Assembly: GCA_035084275.1 (NCBI GenBank) | Contig: CM068749.1 | Location: forward strand, 15,872,001-15,936,000 | Length of the DNA stretch: 64,000 nt | Direction of reading: 5' to 3' | Origin: Hydrolagus colliei | Taxonomy: Eukaryota | Shown: positions 13,260 through 24,180 of the stretch, piece by piece | Layout: each line of letters begins with the position of its first letter | Numbering within the stretch: the stretch's first letter is position 1 | Program-made: the position numbers and the translations under genes | Notes under the pieces: model-generated | The model's input: only the letters and a program-made list of their open reading frames with translations | Told to the model about the DNA's origin: nothing | Database searches by the model: none

Positions 13260-13522
13260 CACTCCCCCCAAACACTCCAGTGCTTGTCTTGTTTTACATT
13301 CTACTGTACCTCCTTTGAAGAAATAAGTTGTCCCATTAGCCTTTTTGATTGTTTTCTGCATCGCAAAATGACTCGCGTACCTGGATCCCCAAATCATTGA
13401 GCTCATCTGCTCTTTCCAATGCCACCCATTTGGAATGTATCTCCATCTGCTGTTCTTGCAGCCAAAGTGAACTACCTCACACTCGCTTTGTTGAATGGTG
13501 TCTGCCATCTGTCTGTGCCACG
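13260..13522 (-). mobile_element. Old CR1 LINE RT fragment
   Basis: ORF 13254-13508 contains CEVVHFGCKN...Y..NG and KTIKKANG, homologous to CEVMHFGRRN...Y and KAVKKAYG in the 40 kb CR1 RT. Confidence 0.85.
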
Positions 13523-15309
13523 CAACATCACTTCCTGTGTTAGAGCAGTTCGGACTAAGAATCTGGATATATATTACTCATTCTGAAACAACTCTGCTGT
13601 GGCTGACGAGAGTACTGTTCAGTCACAATAAGATTGTGTGCAATTTTTTTTTGAAAAAACTTTCTTTTAATGTTAAACAGTGAAACCAAATCCTGAAAAC
13701 ATTTCAAAAGTTTAAGGATGATTTAAAACATTTAAAGTGTGTCGCAGTAAAAATCTATTTTGTTTCAGTTTCAAGATGTTGGTGATGATTTGATTCCAAG
13801 ACCGCTCTTATCGCTTGGATTCAGTTTGAAAAGAGCATAAATGAATGTGAGTGAATTGTAAAAGCAGGGTTTAAGAGAGTTCATTTGTGATGGGGCTGTT
13901 TCTGCTGGTTGACTGCTGAAACAGCATACCAAAGCATGACAACAAAAGAAAGCCTCTTTTTTTCGGATGTACTAATAAAATTTAATAGGATATTTGGAAG
14001 TAAACAGATGAGACATTCCAGGGTCTTGCTATAATCAGAATTTTATTATCAGACTGAGAAAAGTGCAAAAGAAATACAACTGCACAGCCAGGTTTATGTA
14101 ACAATTAATAATAATATTTTATTTTGGACAATAAGTTTCTATGAAAATGGAGATTACATTATATTAAAACTCGTATAAATTACATTTTCTTCCATTTATT
14201 CCAATGCTGTCAAATGTAATATAAAATTAAACAAAAGTACGCCTATTTTTATTTTTGTGTGAAATTATTCCACAACAAAGCAGCATCAATAATGCATAAG
14301 ATCTGAAACATTGCCCATTGGGATTTCACCATCTCTCGAACAAATCGTGGCTAAGTTGTTGCATTCACAGAAATGAGCTCTTATAGGTGTTGGATAATGG
14401 CGATAAAACTCTTTTGCTGCATCTGTTGTTTTGTTTTTCTGCAGCAGTGTGCTACAAAAGTGTCTTATTTGGTCATATGAACTTGGATTTTAGTACTAGC
14501 CGATCAGTCTTGGAATTCTAATCTGATGTTCTTCTGGCATGTTCATGCTGCAGATAAGAATGTGTGAAATCTAGTGTAAGCAGGCCTTTTGGAATGTTGT
14601 CTATTCTGTTGAAATGTCTACAAAACGGTTTTGACACCACAACAGCAAAAACGTTGAATGCCAGTTACTGTATTACAGTTACACTTATAATAATTTATTT
14701 ACCCCAACTCATGTTGATAGCGTCACAGGAGCTCTTTAAACACCACCAATAACGGGATTAAATACGATGGTTTGCATGCTGCAAACTTGGGTTAGCATCA
14801 TTCACAATAATGGTGTTGCTATTTAGTTACAGGAAATGTAATAAAGTTGTATCCTGGATCTGTACTCATGATCCTGTGACTTAAACATTTTTCTGGGTTC
14901 AGGTGACCTCATTGAAATAGAGATTGGAGAGAGATTGTGAACTACAGTATATAAAAAATCAAAATGGGTGTGTCATTCTTAAAATACATCTGTGTGTAAT
15001 TGTTTTATTGTCATATATTCAAGACTGCAGAGATAATTTAAATGTGGACATTAGGAATATTTTTTAAATGTTTATGTGGTAATAATCATTCCGCAGATCT
15101 TACATTATGAAATGTTTGCATCTGTAAGACCTTGTTCAAATGTAATTAGCTCATTTTTAATATTCCATTGACACTGCTCAAGTCAATCTGTAGAATTCAT
15201 ATACAGTATATGTACAGTACTATGTGGGTAGGTAAAATACACTTCTATTCTCTTGTATAAGGAAGGGAGGTTGTAATGATGTTGAATATGTACAGATGTC
15301 TCTTTATAT

Positions 15310-15570
15310 TACTAGATTTAAGACCCAAGACTGAGTAAAGTTATCTGATGTGTTATGAGGAAGGTTCTCAGGATTGTTGTAGGTTGGTCTGATGTTTGTT
15401 TTCTGATGGTATGGAATGGCTTTTGGAACACCAAGGCTCTCATGATCTGAAATTTGAGCAACATCAGTAAATAGGATGTGATGGTCTGTTTGTTTTGGCA
15501 TATACTGTGGTTCCAAACATTTTGCATCACGCAAACCTGCTTTTCCTCAACGGCTTTCATCATGACTGTT
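15310..15570 (-). pseudogene. Decayed hAT-superfamily (ZBED1/Ac-like) transposase fragment
   Basis: Joining minus frames gives AVEEK-AGLRDAKCLEPQYMP-KQTITSYL...TSDQPTT.LRTFLITH...FTQSWVL. This is colinear with the hAT pattern VE..GF..L...LEP.Y..PSR.T...TTD.WTS...SY..VT.HF....W.L. Confidence 0.5.
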
Positions 15571-17540
15571 CTCTCCTATGTTTTTATATTGTTACCACCC
15601 AGAGAAGGAGGGATAGAATTGTATTATGGAGTAACAGATAATGATTTTGCTCGCTAGGTTACATTTTACATTGCAACAAAGTAACTTTGAGTAGGGATAA
15701 CCTTAAATACATTGCATTAGGGTACCATTGGATTTACTAACACAAAGAAAACTGCATCAAGAGTAACATTAGATGTTGACATATATTTTATCAGCTTTGG
15801 GTTTTTGGTCCATCACTAACGGTACTCTATTCAGGCTTTCAGCATTAATACATAATGGTCTGTGATATTATTTATTGCTTCTTTGGCTAAAATGTAAGTC
15901 TAATATTAAAAGATCATGTGCAATGATGCAATTAGGTCTTTGAAAGCTTCAGCTCCCAACCGACCCAAGATCGCTTAGTCAGCGCTTGGCTCTGCTGTAT
16001 TGATGTGATTGTCTTTCTTTTCTTTCGAAAGTTCTTTCTGTTCAGCTCTAAGCATCTATTACTCTTTTTGAAATTCTGTTTTGTGAATTTAGAAATTTTA
16101 TTTTGCATCCTCTCCCACAGAAACAAGTCACCAGTGGCAGCCGTGCCACTGAACATCTCTTTTGGGATCTATACAATAGAATTTACAATTTACTGTGACA
16201 TAGTGCCTTTGACATTGTGGGGACATCTCAAAGCAAAAAGGATCGGATAGGTATAAAGCAATAACCAATTATATTTTTCACACAACTGAGAGCAAAAATC
16301 GGGGCATGGATTTCATGAACCTGCATTTGCTAAGCCTTTTGAAAATTAATTTTTCATGTTAAATTTTTTTTGACACCCAGGCATTCAACTCCTTTAACAT
16401 CATCCTTATCTTGGGGTGTTATTGTGAGTTGGTATTATTAATAACATAAACTTCCACCCTTCTCCAGTGTATTATGTCATGAATGTTTAAAAGACTGATC
16501 TCCTCAGATTTAATTGTCAGTGCAGTCACTTACACATAATCAAGTATTGTGATTATGTGATGGTCAGTTGTTAGTTAATCATTTCCCTTGACTTGTAATA
16601 ATCCAGAGTTTGCATTATTCAAATAGTCATTAACACAAATGGTAGCTGGGCACAGCTAATCTCAGTATCAGTGTGACTGAGACCTGCGCAAACATTCCCA
16701 AATAATTATCATGTACAGAAAGTCTTTTACAAGTATAGAAGTTCAAATTCCAAGACACTTGAATGCCTTACTGTAACAGCTGGATTCCATCTGGTACTGG
16801 GTGGGAAGAAATCACAGAGCACTGTATTCTCCTTTACCCCTTACACCCACTAAGTATCTGCTAAAAGTATTCTGTCACCATCATTTTAAGGAAAATAAAT
16901 TCAAAGTGCAGTACTCTTGAATCAAAGAACCTTTACTCATCTGTCAGTGGCACGATTTGTTCACAAACGGGTTGGGTAAAGGTGGAAAGCTTGCATTGTG
17001 AATATTCACAGGAAAGTAAAGTACAATACATGAAATATGGTTGTCTGTTACATTTTGAAATGCGTTTAGCAGAAGAATATCTGAAAAGAAATGGGTTCAT
17101 AGGCTAGAAAGTCATCCAGTCTGAATCAATCAGCCACATTTCTTCCAACATCACCTTCCAGTTCACTGCTAGCATATTTGCGTGAGGAGGATGCACTCAT
17201 GAGGCAAGGATTTGTACAGGTCGATGAATTGCACTGCGGCCAGGAGAACTTCTAAATTGTATTCACATTCAGCTCCTTCAGGTCTTTGCTGAATCAGTAA
17301 AGCGATACTGGGGAATTGCGGTGTTTTGCTCTGTTTTTTTAATGCATGGAAAGCTTCTAAACAAAAATGCAATATGCTAAAACTACTGCAATCATTCTTC
17401 ACAGGTTAGGAGTGCTCCAATCACTGAGACGCACAGTATCACTGAAAAGAGTAAAACAAACAGAAATTGGGTCTCAATGCAAAGATAATTAAAAGAATAT
17501 GAGTAGAAATCTGAATATGATTAGAGCAGACTTTAAGTGA

Positions 17541-18175
17541 AACTATGAGTAAAATACAAATGTTAGTAGCTGTGTTTGATGTACAACATACCATAAGACT
17601 ACATGCTGTGTATAAATTATAGGAGTTAAATAACACTGTGGTAAGGTACATTTACTTCTACAATCTCTTTTGATTACCTTCAACAAAAAATTCCCATAAT
17701 GTGGTTAATGCAATGTTGCATATCGGAATTCACAAGAGATTTCTGTTCTCAAACTTCAATTGATGATGAATACAGTTCACCTAAATCGTGCACTGGAGGT
17801 TAAGCGGCTCCTGGGTGTACTTTATTTTTCCTCGGTTTGAAAAACCTCATCATTCAATGATGTCAACTCCAGAGTAATTGAGGATTGTAAACTCCTTTCT
17901 GTCTTGCTATATATACCGCACACACATTCCATTAATTGTAAAATAAACAGTACTTCATCCAATAATGTAAATGAGAAGAAAACTAAAAGAAGAAACATGC
18001 CTTGTCTAAACTCTGCTGGAGAAAGATTTCCATAGGATCTAGATTTACTCAATTTAATCAAACAACAACAACTACAACTTGCATTTATATAGTACCCTCC
18101 AGGCCGGGCGGCGTCTCCAAGCACTTCACAATCGCGGAGCCTGGAGCTACTAACATTTGTATTTTACTCATAGTT
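17541..18175. repeat. Perfect 31-bp inverted repeat (arms 17541-17571 and 18145-18175)
   Basis: AACTATGAGTAAAATACAAATGTTAGTAGCT and its exact reverse complement. Two opposite-strand ORFs in the track both contain ATNICILLIV. Confidence 0.97.
18061..18144 (-). mobile_element. Severely 5'-truncated L2 3' end
   Basis: Minus strand ATTGTGAAGTGCTTGGAGACGCCGCCCGGCCTGGAGGGTACTATATAAATGCAAGTTGTAGTTGTTGTTG; same family as 45702-45860. Confidence 0.88.
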
Positions 18176-19394
18176 CAAAATTAATAAATTCTTAAACCAG
18201 TTTTAATTTTGAAGTTGTTTTCCTGATTGTTCTTTAAAAGAGCAACTGCAGAAAACTGATTTTAAAATTCAAACCCAAATCAACAATTTTCCAAGTTACG
18301 CTCATTAAAATGCTGGGTAAACAGCGTGAATCTAAGTCTAGATGGAAATTGTCCCCATACGATCTCTGATTTCTTCAACGGGACTGTTTCAAATTGAATT
18401 CGTTCTCGGAAGAGCCCATGTGTGTTCTGTAATACGATTTGGTGTGGGAATAATGGAGTTTTTCTCCTGTTGTTCCTGCAATCCCCTGCATATATACATT
18501 GCCATGTTCGAAAATGCGATGAAAAAGTTTGAAATAGAATGTTCCAGCGATTTTCTCAAGTGAACAAAAATAATAGAGGGAGGGAAGCATTTTCCAATGT
18601 GGAACAGGCAGGCATGAAAAAATGCTCTATTCAGCAAGTGGTACTTGGCTACAAATAGGTTTTCTAAGCTTCATTAAAATTTTCAAGATGGAAGCCAATG
18701 AACTCACACATCCCTAAGGCAAAGAGACTTAGAAGCAAAAGAAAAATGTGGAGACTGAATACTTCACTGCCCAAAGAATGCTCAACTTCCATATATTTAA
18801 CCTGTTCTCCAACTGCCTCATTTTGTCAAAATCTGTTACCAAGAAATCACCTGAAAACTAATTTTGAAATGAATCCTTACAGTTGGCAGAGTGGCTTATC
18901 ACAGTGAAACGTCCCAAAGTGCTTCACTGGATTTACCGTAAATAGCAGTGTCCCCCAAACAGCTATGAAGTCAATGACCAATTTTACCTAGTGAAAGGGT
19001 TATTTATTTAAATGTTTCACATCTACAGATCCCTATTTTCCATGCAGTGTTTCAAACAAGGGATGACTGAAAATATACTATCTGATGTGATAAGGACAGG
19101 TGGTATATTGCCCACAATGTTGAACTTGGCAGCATCATATTATTCATGTTTATGTATTAAGAGAACGAAGGAAAATGGCAAATATAGAAAGCTGTCCCTG
19201 TGTGAAGTGATGGTGGTGGTAGAACAGCAAATAGGTTAGTGACGGAAGACAGACTGAGCAGTAGGACAAATAAATGTCACCTTCTGTCTTTTTCAATAAA
19301 TCAGTGGAACACTGCTTGACTACTGTCCCCCTAATGTCCCGACGACACTGGTACATGATAACTGTAGGTGCCCAGATCTAGTTTATTTTATTAT

Positions 19395-19540
19395 TGCTCC
19401 CCAAATCTACGGACATCATTGGGCTTCTTTCCTTGGCCCAGACTAAAGCCAAGCAGTGATGGCAAAGAGCATGTAATGCAGGATGCACAGGAGTTGCCAT
19501 GTTAGAGAAAGGGATGCGACAATAACTGGGACAGGAGCCA
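19395..19540 (+). mobile_element. Possible RTE-like LINE 3' fragment
   Basis: Shares CATCATTGGGCTTCTT...GGCC with the minus strand near 60.8 kb. Translation loosely resembles the RTE C-terminal 'W..LA.DR..WR' region. Confidence 0.35.
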
Positions 19541-19559
19541 GCAGTCAATGAGGGAAGAA

Positions 19560-19810
19560 TGAGATGAATAGAAAGAGTCTGGACCAACTCAGATCAGCTG
19601 TACCTTTCTAGGTTTAATGAATAAATCAGTAAAAAATAATGAACTGTTGGAAGGATGTGCAGAATAAAAGGAAATTAAATTTAGATTTGAAGACATGAGA
19701 ATTTAACGTAACATTGCAAATGTTCTACGCAGAGAGTAGATTATAGAATGGTACGGGTTTAAATAAGATGCACTTGGCTCTTTTATCTCTCTGACGTTAT
19801 GTTCTCTGAA
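19560..19810 (+). mobile_element. Highly degraded CR1 3' fragment
   Basis: Remnants of ...TTCTACGCAGAGAGT (FTQRV-like) and a 3' UTR-like end TCTGACGTTATGTTCTCTG. Confidence 0.4.
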
Positions 19811-21259
19811 CAGAGCTTTCTTTGTACCTTTTCATTTTTTCCCAAAAGCTTCTCTTTAATGAGCACTTCTCTGTGAACTGGGTGGATCTCATCTGGTTGG
19901 CACGGGTAAGACTTCGAGGAAACCTCTGCAGTCCTTGTGATGGATGAAACGATTCTCCTAACATTTTAGGGCAATCGTTTTCTTTATTTCAAAGTGCGGT
20001 TCCTGCTGAGACGTGTCCCGATCATGAGTGGCTTGGATGAAAAAGGTCCAAGCAGCCCGTTCTTTCTCATCTTCCCAGAATATCAAACCTTTCATCTTCC
20101 CATTATTGCATCAAGCATTTTTAAAAAAATCTAGCCTCAAATGACCCTTTCCGGTAACCTTTTCCCTTATCCCATTAAATGCCTTGTACACATACAGGAG
20201 CCTCTCTGAGGCATGTGGATTTGCAAAATAAGAGTGATTTGATAAAAAGGGACTTTATTTATGGCAAGGACAAAGACATTTTAAGTGACTTTATTTCAGG
20301 GTAGGGGAATTTTTTTCATTTTTGAAAATTGATTTAAAACGAGTCAAGCTGATGTGTCTGAGAAAATAAGATTTAAATTGTGGCCTGAGCCGCTGCATAG
20401 AAACTTGAATATCGATTGTGGGAGGGGTTTCCACCAATACAATGCTAGACTGAATACCAAACTGCAGCACCAAACTCTGACTGTTTTTTATATCTAATAT
20501 AAATATGTAGGTGTATGGAAGTGGAGGAAATCATGTATTCAGAAGTTGAGAACAGCCAACATTACAGGCTGGAGTTTCAGACATTGCAAACCAAGAAGAA
20601 AATTCAATTGAAGGACCGAGTTTGTGTTCCTGCTTCAATTGTATCCCTCTGTTATGCATTTGTTGTATCTCCTGCTTGAAAGCCCTTACTTCAGGTGCTT
20701 CTGAGAAGTGTGATTCCAGCATGAAGCATGCTGACAGAGTTCCCTGTTTATACAACGTTTGGCAGTAAATCATTGCAAATATTGTGAAGACTCCCCACCA
20801 TATTGTGAAATTCTGCAAATTAGACCCCCATTGTCACTTTAGATGCATTATGTTGCATTGTGTTTTGTTTAACGATTCTAACAATATGCTTGATATAATT
20901 TGCCAACAACACAGAGTTCGAGTCCAAGGATAGTGTAATTGCTCTGCATAATGTATCAATCACACTTTAAAATTGCATTCAGATTTGGTCACCCTCCCTT
21001 CAAAGCAACACAAATAGACTCAAAAGGGTGAAGAGAGCAATACATAGAATCTCTAACCTTTAATGACATTACCGTACTATGCAGGCAGGTGTAGGGAAAG
21101 GTTATTTCTTTCAGCAAACTGAAAGACAAGAGGAAATATGATTTAAGATTTTAGAATGACGTTGAGCAGGAGATATTCTTCACTGATTTCTACCAATTTT
21201 ATCTCTCTTGTGCTACTTTTAACTTTTGCAAGGTATGAATAAGACCCTGACTATAGAAT

Positions 21260-21705
21260 TATGTAACTCATGGTTAGAGCATTCGCTTCACAAGCGAGAG
21301 TATCTGGATTTGATCCCTGGGCAGGTCAAAGCATTGGACAAGTTTCCTTCCTCCACATGTTTCTGTTTACCTAGCAGTAAGTAGGAACCCGGTTGTGGAG
21401 GATCACTTTTCTATCTGTAATAATCCCTTCAAATTTTTTTAAAAATAATAAGAATTTGGTCAGCCAGTGCACGACTGCTTGGCGGAACCACTTTTCGCCA
21501 ATATAATAATAATAATCCTTGCATTTGATATAGCACATCTAGAATCTCAAAGTGCTTCACAGAATATACTGTAAAGCCAAATGCTCATAATAATATACAG
21601 TCAATTCACTTTATAGTATATTCTGTGAAGTGCTTTGAGACGTCTCGAAGACCTGATAAGGCACTATACTAAAAGCAAGATTATTATTAGGATTATTATT
21701 ATTAC
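21260..21705 (+). mobile_element. tRNA SINE, longer subfamily with Meta-like segment, carrying an inverted SINE-tail insertion (~21506-21591)
   Basis: Head GTAACTCATGGTTAGAGCATTCGCTTCACAAGCGAGA...; extra segment TTCTGTTTACCTAGCAGTAAGTAGGAACC; tail GTGAAGTGCTTTGAGACGTC...(ATT)n. Confidence 0.85.
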
Positions 21706-22119
21706 TATGGTTGGAAATAGTTGGGGGAGCCTGTCATTCCAATCTGCTGTAGTACGATACATTTAATTTTCTCACACGTGTATTATTCCTGGCACTGGTA
21801 AGTGTGAAATATTGATCCTGTGGTCAGTGAAATTGGAATTCAAATTCTTATATTAAATGTAAGATGATAATAGATAGTGGGCAATGGCTTACAATGCTGG
21901 AATTTAATTGAGGGCTTCTGCTGTCATGAACCATGACCGTGAAATCTGAGTGCTTTACAAATATCAGCGGAACCCAGAGATTGTATTACTGCCTTAAAGG
22001 AGTATAGCTTTTTGTTATTGTGTGTGTAAAAAAAAAAGCGAATCATTTTCTTTTTAAAACAGATTATTTGATAACTTTGTGGGTACACTCATTAAGTGAT
22101 CTGAAGCTGATCTTTGGGG

Positions 22120-22470
22120 GCAGGAAAGTCACAGGTTCAGTACATAATCGCTTCCATTGTCGCTATTTTCAGCCAAAGCAGTGATAAGAGTTCAACAACT
22201 GGCCTCAGCACCCTTGAGCTAAGGAGGGTAAAATAACCAAGGCCTCGACACCAAATCCAGGAATTTCAACTGCAAGCTCTGTATGGGTTGATGGCGGCTC
22301 AGAGGTTTAACCAGCGAGTAGTTTAACTGTTTAGAATGTGAAAGTTCCAGGCTGGATTCCTAATCTTTGCTGAGTTAGTTATTTGTGAACTGGGGCAGTA
22401 TTATTGAGAGAAGACAATCATTCCTGGTGACTACTCCTGATTGCCGTGTGGCACCCACCGACCCACAAAT
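22120..22470 (+). mobile_element. Ancient unclassified SINE-like repeat (second family)
   Basis: GGCCTCAGCACCCTTGAGCTAAGGAGGGTAAAATAACCAAGG motif recurs near 10.1, 12.1(-), 30.6(-), 49.25 and 60.2 kb. Confidence 0.5.
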
Positions 22471-23850
22471 GTCCATTGTTCCAACTGAAGGCACAGTTAA
22501 CCTCAGTTTTAATAATAATAATAGTAAGTTTCAGCTGCAGTGTTGAAAGGACCACTGATGCACGTTGCAGAAACTCTGAAGAGTATAGTTTTATGTACAT
22601 CAGAAGAATGTACAGTACTTGTTAATCTGAAGTAAATGGATGAATCTCATTTAACTTTAATCTTGTGGTCCATACATTTGATAAATGGGCCACACATACA
22701 CAGTTTGAGAGTGAGTCATTTTTATTAACTTGTATTGAAAATAAATATTCCTTTCTGTGGCAAAGAGACGAGGGCAAATATGTTCATACTTCGTAATGGT
22801 GTATAGTTCACAATTTGAAGAAAAGGATTGAAAGCTGATTTAGAGAACAATTATCCATAACTCACCTTTCTGAACAGCATTATGATCACACGATTGCAGG
22901 TAACATTCTTCTACCTTATGGAAAGGTGAGCCACGTGCAAGATACCAGAAGCTTTTGTGTTGAGAGTTGAAATCGCAGCACATGTTATTTCCAAACTGTA
23001 ATCTTTTAAAGCTGTTCCATGCCATATTGTTTAGAAAACAATTAAGGGCCGAGGCAGATCCTGAAGCTACGGTACAACTTTACTTATTAAAGCAAACAAA
23101 ATAGAGGACTGAGGGGAAATAAAGATTGGGGCTTTGAGGTCCAGATGTTTTCTTGGTACATGACACGGTGAAGCAAAAAGAGTAGTTTTGGTACTCGGTG
23201 AGTACTGCAGCTTATCAGCAAGTGTTCCTAAAAACGAAACTGATTACATCACCAGGACAAGAGGAACTTGTGACCTAAAGCAATCTACAACCTTATCAAT
23301 TTAGTTTCCCATTGGGCCAAAAAGGACGTTACAAATTTGTACGCATTAACCAGTGTGACCTTGTCATGGTTTGAGCATGTGAAGCTGATAGTCCCACAGA
23401 ACATAATGGGAACAGATGCAGCAATACAACTGGTTTTACATTTATGAAACATAGCCTTATTATGACCCAAGCATTCTTATTCAAGTCCGTTTACTTTGTA
23501 AGCACTTTGTTTGAGGAATAAATTACACCCAAGTATAAGGGTTACCAAAGTCTCATTAACTTTCTGGCATTACATTATGAGCCAACTTCCTTAATTGGTT
23601 ATTACACAATGTATAGCATTGCTGACCAAGGTCAAATCTCCGATTGAAATAAGCACTTTGCATAATGCACTTCAGATTGATTCAAACTTGTGTTTGACTT
23701 TCTTTATTGTTCCAGTGTTCGATTGTTATCAGTTCTTTGTTTTAAGCAAGGATTTCTTCTATTTTACTTGTCGTTTGGCTCCCTCATCACTACAGTCAAC
23801 TCTACCTGAGCAAGTTTGCTTCAGTGCTTGAGGTACAGAATTATGTCACC

Positions 23851-23886
23851 TTCTCTCAATACGTCCCCTTCTCTCAATACGTCCCC
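23851..23886. repeat. Perfect 18-bp tandem duplication
   Basis: TTCTCTCAATACGTCCCC x2. Confidence 0.95.
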
Positions 23887-23992
23887 AGGCATTTGACTGA
23901 TATCAGACAGTAATCATAGGATAAATTACACAAACTCATGCTCTGCAAGTTGTGGTACACAGTCTGTACACTAATATGTAATTAAGGAAGTA

Positions 23993-24180
23993 TAATAATC
24001 CTTTGATATGGGACCTATTGCATTGGAACAAAGATTTAAAGTGCTTCACAGGGTACAGCATGAATTGTAGTGGTTGCACTTTGTGGGCAATCGCAGCAGA
24101 CAATTTGCGCAAAGCAGTGTCCCTAAAGTAGCCTTGAAGAAAATTACCAACTTCATTTTTGGGGATGTTGGCCAGGACAC
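23993..24180 (-). mobile_element. Old DeuSINE fragment
   Basis: + strand shows tail (AATAATCCTTTGATATG...AAGTGCTTCACAG), GCAGACAATTTGCGCAAAGCAGTGTCCC and TTGGCCAGGACAC. Confidence 0.7.

Noticed and set aside
17541-18175. MITE with 31-bp terminal inverted repeats
   Set aside because: No matching TSD outside the arms, and the right arm sits exactly at an L2 5' junction inside that insertion's apparent TSD. Templated capture explains it better, though a MITE is not formally excluded.
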